DNA from: Ionaspis alba
Taxonomy: Eukaryota
Length of the DNA: 40,266 bases
Reading direction: 5' to 3'
Assembly: GCA_964255285.1 (NCBI GenBank)
Contig: CAXUUL010000064.1
Location: forward strand, 1-40,266
Both the position numbers and the translations under genes were made by a program. The notes under the pieces were generated by a model. The model was not told the DNA's origin and did not search any database. It worked only from the letters and a program-made list of their open reading frames with translations. This document shows positions 33,794-40,266 of this stretch, piece by piece (position 1 is the stretch's first letter; each line of letters starts with the position of its first letter).

Positions 33794-34718
33794 GATTGAG
33801 ATCGGGAACAGGTGGTCGTTGATCTCGCTGTTCCCAGAACGTAAAGTCAGGGCTGTCGGCTGTGCGACGCGCACAATCTGAAAATGCACCACGGACAATC
33901 AATCCTATGATACTCAGCAAAGGACGAACTCCCGCAGCTTGTTTGACCTAGAATCGGGTTTCAATGCACCAGAATAGAGGTGGTGTGGTTTGAAGGTTAG
34001 AGATCCACCGACGATGTTCTAACAGGAAAGTCCGTTAGTTGAGCTAAGGACGGAGGCTCTTTACTGGGGGGTGGTTCGTTTAGTGCAATTGGCTTTTGGT
34101 GCCTTCTGAGCTTCCGAGAAATTAGGTGCCGCGCCTAGGCCGGGATATGGTTGTCCTTTGCGACAGAGGTAAAAGGAAATGTGTAAGTAAAGTATGGCGA
34201 GATACCTGATATATCTACTTCACAGGTGGTGACTTGTGCAGCATCTATCGTGGCTTGAAAAAGGGATATGGTCTCAGGGAATGGTAAGTGACGATTGGTG
34301 GGGCCAGTGATACGTGCGAGTAGGATCTACTTGATTGAGAAACCATTTCTCCCATATCAAATCAAGCAGACTGATTAAAGCGTTTTGGCAAAGTTTACTC
34401 TCCTTCCATCATGACGAAGGCCAATGTTGAACCACCTGTAGAGCGGAGTGAGAACCCTGGATATAAATCACTACAGTAGTAATATCATACAGGTACCTAT
34501 AGCCATAAGGTGATCTACTCCGCGCGTTTGTGTAAGCTTGGCTCTGAGCCGAGCCAATGCGGCTGGCACTAATCCTAGTTGGGATTTCCGCTTTACTGGG
34601 ATTGAGACATGTCTCTTTCTTTCCACGCCGTTATCTTGAGTATATCGCTTTCTTCACTTGACCCATTTCTCTATACCGTGGGGAAGCTGTGACGGGTGCT
34701 TAGTAGCCCTGGCTAGTT

Positions 34719-37700
34719 ATGCAGGCTTCTCAGAGCTCCCAGAGATCGACACAACGCAGGCCACCAGCTGTCGAACCAAATCCACCAGCCATGCCTTCGT
34801 CCTCTGTTCCAGTCCCCACCAATGCTCCTCAAAATGCTGCAGCCTCCACGGGTCCTCGTAGCTCGTCTGGATCAACGAGATCATCAGCGAATCAACGGAG
34901 AAACGTAAGTTGCAATTCTTAGCCCAACCCGGCCATCTAACTCTCGATATGAAGACTTATACTGTAGACAGCCTTCTCAGCAGCTATCTCAGATCGAGAA
35001 GAGCGTGACCCATCTCCTTATCGCGACCAAGCAGCTGCTCGAGATGCTCACCCAATGGTCAAGACACACTGCCACCGAGAGCGAAGTTTCCGATGTTTAC
35101 GTACGATTGGGTTATGAGTTCAACATTGCCTGTCGGGCTTTCACAAGCATTGGCGTTGACACAACAGATCTCGGTCCTGTCCCCGACTTGCTACGTGCAA
35201 TACTCGAGGACACCTTGAGTCAGGAAGCGAGTCCTGCTAGTCTCGATAAATTCCTTCCGCGGATTCGAGACATCATCATAAACCTGCTCCATGGATTGAA
35301 GCGGAAACAGCAGAGATTACGATCCAGGCAAGCCAAAGACGGACCTTCGGGGAGCAATGGACCTGGTATGAGGCAACTCAGTACTGGTAGTGCAGGAAGT
35401 GGGGATACGGGGATTACGCAGATGCTCGAAGATGTTCCTTCATACCCACCTGCGAACAGGGTTTCTGAGCGGAGAACGGGCAGCGGGAGCACAACAGTTG
35501 GGGACGACGCCAGTGTACCGCCTCGATCCTCGTCTGTTCAGAACATGGTTACCTCACCAGTTCGCGAGGAGAGTGGGGCTGCTTCTGGGGACTCTGCTCA
35601 CCGCACAATACAGCGTGAAGGGCGACCCGCACCACCATCTCTATCCGATTCTTCTTTGTCCAGTACCACGATGCAAGACCTTCCCGTTTTGTCTCCGGAG
35701 GAATACAGATTACCTATACAACGAATGTCTGTTCACGAAAACCTCGATCAGTTTACCCATCCTGCGCCACCACCACCACCAAAGCAACAAGATGCACTCG
35801 CCGCTCTACAAAGAGGTGGCGACTTGGAAAGAAGAGCTTCTCGACGTTATTCTGCATATCAGATTTCGAAACATCTTGGAGCCTCCACGAATGGTGTTCC
35901 CATGCTTCCACCGGCTCAGAACTCCCCTCTGCCAAATCGTGGTAAGGATGTCAGGGAGTCTCTGAATGCTGTGCGTACCAGAGGTTCTCTTCCGCCCAAA
36001 CGTCAACGGTCTACCACCCGATATGGAGAGCATTCGCCTTCCAGAGGGAATACCGTTCCGCGGAGAATTTCCGAGGAAAGCAGCCAAAGTAACGAAGGAA
36101 CAACGGTCAAAGTTCCACCTTTCTTGCGGGATGACGCCAATAGTCCCATCTCAAGGACCCCAGAGGATAAACTTGGTCCGTCCTTCGTTGATCGCCGGGG
36201 TGATGATCGACCAGCTCTAGGTGCAACTCTGAATGGTCCACCCGCGGATGGAGTAAATGGCTACGGTGATTACGGAGCTGTTCTGAGTCAGAAGGGAGAA
36301 TTGCAGACGACAAACGCTCGCGCGGAATATGTGCAGCTTCGAGACAATGGCCCTTCCTCTAGCAACAATGATAGTCATGTACCTCAGGATAGCACGCTTA
36401 CCGGAGAGCAATTTGTGGCCGAGCAGTCGCCACAGCCGGGCAAAGAGCTCACCTTGTTCCTACAGTACAAGTCCAAAATCAAGAAATTTGTACTTCCCGA
36501 GGGCTCCAGCGATCTTTCGATAGCCCGGCTTCAGCTAGCTTTCATCGAAAAATTTGCATGGAATACCCACAGTAATGGTATCGACCTACCAGAGATCTAC
36601 ATTCAGGACTCTGTCTCTGGAGTCCGACATGAACTAGAAGATCTCGCTGATATCAAGGACCGATCAGTCTTGGTGCTAAATGTGGAAGTGTTGGACGAAG
36701 TGAAGAAACACATAGACGAAGGTCTCGGTGGACTTCGAAGGATGGTCGAAGGGGTGAGATCTGTCGTAGACGGACAACAGATAGCCCTGAAACAGGTGTC
36801 CGATCGGCAGCAAGACAGCGGGAATCACTTGGCTCAAATATCCACGGTCCCGTCACTCTCAACAGGTCGAATGGCTGGTGCAGAGAAATCAATGGATGCT
36901 AGCATCAAAAAATTGGCAACAGGGTCGGACGCCACAAACCAAGTCTCGGAAATTCGATCGTTGAGACGTGATTTGGCTGTAGTCCGTCAAACATTCTCAT
37001 CATTTGCATCAGGCGTCAGTTCATCCATGACAGACATTCGGAACAAAGCTGGCTCTATAAAGTCTGCAGCTTCCAGCACGCTCACTCCAATCCTGAACGG
37101 TGATAGTGGCCGTGCTTATGTCGATGCTGGCAAGAGGACAGTCGGAGAAGAATCAGAGAATATCGTCAATCGTGTTGACGATCTTCAAGATCTTGTCGAA
37201 GATCTTCGAAAGGATGTCGTCACTCGTGGCGTACGCCCCCTACCACGTCAATTGGAGACCGTTAGCAAAGACATCAGCCTAGCGACGGCTGAGTTGAAGA
37301 AAATGCAGGAGTATGTCAAGAGGGAAAAGCCGGTCTGGACCAAGATATGGGAAAAGGAACTTGAGCTCGTCTGTAACGACCGTGAGTTCTTGACTATGCA
37401 AGAAGAATTGGTAGCAGATCTGGAAGACGACCTCGAAAAAGCGACGCAGACGTTCGCTCTTGTTGAAGAGGCTACCAAGCAGCAAAATCTGCAATCATCC
37501 GCGGGTAGTAACAATATCAGTCTGCGCAGCACCTCGCGAGGGTTGATCGGTTTTGACCAGGATGTTGATCCCGCTAAGATCAAGGACGGCGTATTAGGGG
37601 AGGTGCGAGCGCTCCAACCGAATCATGAAACAAGACTCGAGGCAATTGAACGAGCTGAACGGGCTCGTCAGAAAGAGCTCGAAAGTCGAAGGGAAGGCGC

Positions 37701-37989
37701 GTTCAAGAAAGAACTCGGCAGCTTCGTGGAAGAAAGCAAGTTGAAGAAAAGCGGCGGTATTGAGGAGGCAGAAAGGTTGAGAAAAGCCAAGGACGAGAGG
37801 AACAGGCGGGAAGGCTGGGAGAACCAACAAACCAGACAGGCGGGCAAAGGGAAGGAGGTGGAACACCCTGAGCGTGGTGGTGGATCACCCCACGAAGAGG
37901 AAGTGACCAATAGTCCCGAACCTGAGTTCACTGATGCACAGGAGAACGGTGGCGAACTAGCAAGCTCCACACATTCAGGTAACGAATAA
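34719..37989 (+). CDS. BUD6: Actin-interacting polarisome protein Bud6/Aip3 (exon 1 34719-34904; exon 2 from 34972 or 34981 to 37989)
   Basis: IEKSVTHLLIATKQLLE, LERRASRRYSAYQI, LTLFLQYKSKIKK, LQLAFIEKF, VDDLQDLVEDLRKDV, KPVWTKIWEKEL and LKKSGGIEEAERLR. Donor GTAAGT at 34905; the exact acceptor is uncertain. Confidence 0.94.
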
Positions 37990-38402
37990 GAGTAGGAATG
38001 GCGTACATGAATGGAAAGCTGATGTGTTTGACTATAGTCTTACCATCGAGACCTACCTCCTGGTTACCATCAATTTTCACTAGTTGAACGAGTTTATTTT
38101 TTTCTTTCATCGTCGTTCTTCCTTTCGCGATAACCTTTTTGAGCGAGGGCGTTAAGGTGTTCTACGATAATATCTACTTTGGCACGAGGAAGTGCAAGCG
38201 ATCCTTCATTTGACGAGAGTAATTTGGCATCTAGTCAGTCAATTTATAGTGTGTCATCATACTCATAGATGCTCCCACGATTTCACCTGCCCTGTCTCGC
38301 CTGCCTGATCCATGAGGCCATGCAGATTCGTTGCGTAAGCAAAGCTGTTGTAAAAAAGATGTTGGTATTCATGGTATCCATAAACGAACAGAAATGTAGC
38401 TC

Positions 38403-40021
38403 CTATGCCCAGATCCACATGGTTGTGAAGATTATGACAAACTCGCAACCCACAAAGAGCAGTCTTGATACAGGTTTCACGACGCTCTCGCTAATATATG
38501 ATTTAGAAACCTCTGCCGAACCTGTAGCACTGGCACCTGTCAAGGTCGCCGAGCAACTACTCGCCTCGCATCCATACCCTGTAGGACAACATCCCCCGCC
38601 GGCTGTGCTTGCACACATGAACCACCCAGTTGCGCAAGCTCCTTTTTGCTGGCCAGAAACGCTGCCGGAAGCTGCAACGATGCCATCTCCAGTGGGTCCA
38701 TCAACGATCGTGACCCCATTGGATACCAGCAAGGTCGAGGAAATACGTGGTGGACAGGACGTCACAGCGCAATCACGATCAACTTGACAGCAGCTTCCTC
38801 CATTGTAATAAGCACTGCATTGGTAAAATCCTGTGGGACAGACGTTGGCTACTGTTGTGGACACATCGTTCGTAGCTGTAATTGTGGCAGTGGCTCCAGA
38901 AGTTGGACGTACGGGAACATTGACATTAGTAGAAATTGTAGTTGAGGACGGAGGACATGCTTGTGGTCCGCATAGGCGGTCGGTGGGACAACATCCACCT
39001 CCAAGTGTAGCTGGACATGACTGAAAGCCGGAAGAGCAGGTAAGAGAAGCTATGATCGACGGCGTGGAAGGAGTTGAAGTCATAGTCGAACTCGACGTTG
39101 ATGTGGAAGCAGTTATAGTCGTACTCGAAGAAATGGAGGATGAGATGACCATCGTAGATGCTGTTGAGACTGTTGTGCTGGTAGATGATGGCCGTGTAGC
39201 GGTTGGTTGTATCACTACCGTTGTGGTGGATATAAGCACACCTTATGGAGATTGATTAGCTCTACACGATTCCAAAGTTGATGTGTACACTTACACCCGA
39301 CACCGCTGCACTGATAACCTGGAATGCAGCATCCGCCGCCTTGGATTGCTGGGCACGCTGTATACCCAGCAGGACAGCTCGTCACCTGACCACCACAGGG
39401 GAAGCTTGCACTACAGCATCCAACGTCCCCCAATCCAGTGTCCGTGATAATGGTGCAAGTCAGACCGGATGAGCAGCACGAGTTTGGCCGAGAGATAGCG
39501 GCGCAACTTAATGTACCAGCAGGACATGTGAAGTCCCTTGAAACCAACCCTGGCTCTCCTTGCCTCAGATATCTTCCCACGAGCGGGCTGACAGTGGGCA
39601 TATTCGAATGCAGGAGTAGGGGAGGTTGAGGCGGCCTAGACATAGTGTGATTTCCGCTATGCTCCAGCGCCTCATCCAAGCTCTTCTCAGATCCACAGTC
39701 CACTTGAGTTTTCCTGGATTCTCCGTTACCGGTGTTTTCTGCCTGGACAGCTTCATCCCCAAAGTGCCAGTATTCTAGGAAGAACATTTCGCCAATATCT
39801 TGAGTCATTTTTCTCACTCCGACCGGCCGCTGGCTGCCCAACCTGATCTGTATCTCCATATTTCTGCGCACTAATTGCTCATGTTCTGGATAGTATTTCA
39901 CATTGGGCGGAAGATTGTAGGGCCATTGAAGGTCATTTGGGGTCGTTTGCGCCTGGACATTGGAGGGATGCACAAGGAGGGCGGAAGGCAGGAAGAGGAG
40001 GAGATTCGAAAAGGACCACAT
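38403..40021 (-). CDS. Secreted Cys-rich, Ser/Thr-rich, probably GPI-anchored protein (521 aa; exons 40021-39295, 39241-38403)
   Basis: Signal peptide; QWPYNLPPNVKYYPE..VGVRKM..MFFLEYW block; five C-x2-G-x3-C..CC-x5-C modules; S/T stalk; hydrophobic C-terminus. Intron 39294-39242 GTAAGT..CTAAT..AAG. Confidence 0.88.
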
Positions 40022-40266
40022 CGTCTCTTATAGACGTAGCTGGATATCGGTTCGAGATGGTTGTTATCTCGAACCCCAATCCCTCTCATACTTTTCGAGA
40101 AGCTTAGCCGCCAGCAATACCGTAGCGGCTGTCTGGGCTAGGTCAATATGTTAACATGTTCAATCTCTATCCTCGGAGGTTTTATCAGTAATAATAGTTG
40201 GAAGACGTGATCCGATTCAACGAGATCTCGATCAACAACCCAATTCTAATTACAATCTAAAAATAA

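Noticed and set aside
1..40266. Transposons, CRISPR arrays, rRNA or tRNA genes
   Set aside because: No transposase or reverse-transcriptase motifs, terminal repeats, AT-rich RIP blocks, repeat-spacer arrays or RNA gene signatures were seen by eye.

Overview
Eukaryotic DNA from a filamentous ascomycete (Pezizomycotina). Evidence: short GT-AG introns of mostly 50-60 nt with CTRAY-type branch points, and typical fungal gene families. I reconstructed 14 protein-coding genes by hand; exon lengths were checked to sum to whole codons. They are two DHA1-type MFS transporters, a Cys-rich orphan protein, a class II aldolase/adducin, a secreted Cys-rich/Thr-repeat protein, a small hypothetical protein, a Nat2/FAM210-like protein, a single-pass membrane protein, COQ2, a DMM-1-like JmjC/Zn-finger protein, AGX1, PBP1/ataxin-2, BUD6/AIP3 and a Cys-rich GPI-type protein. 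There is a 100-N assembly gap at 29168-29267. The most notable items are not visible in the ORF track: (1) an unannotated, decayed tandem paralog (pseudogene) of the Cys-rich orphan gene; (2) a secreted protein with an exact 12 x 12-aa TxTxTxT-like repeat and a 60-aa super-period, whose first two introns sum to 108 nt so the unspliced frame also stays open; (3) a canonical PTS2 nonapeptide in an in-frame N-terminal extension of AGX1; (4) a 5.3-kb region with no convincing gene that contains a hairpin cluster. I found no transposon, tRNA, rRNA or secondary-metabolite backbone gene, and no clearly new multi-gene system can be claimed from sequence alone.
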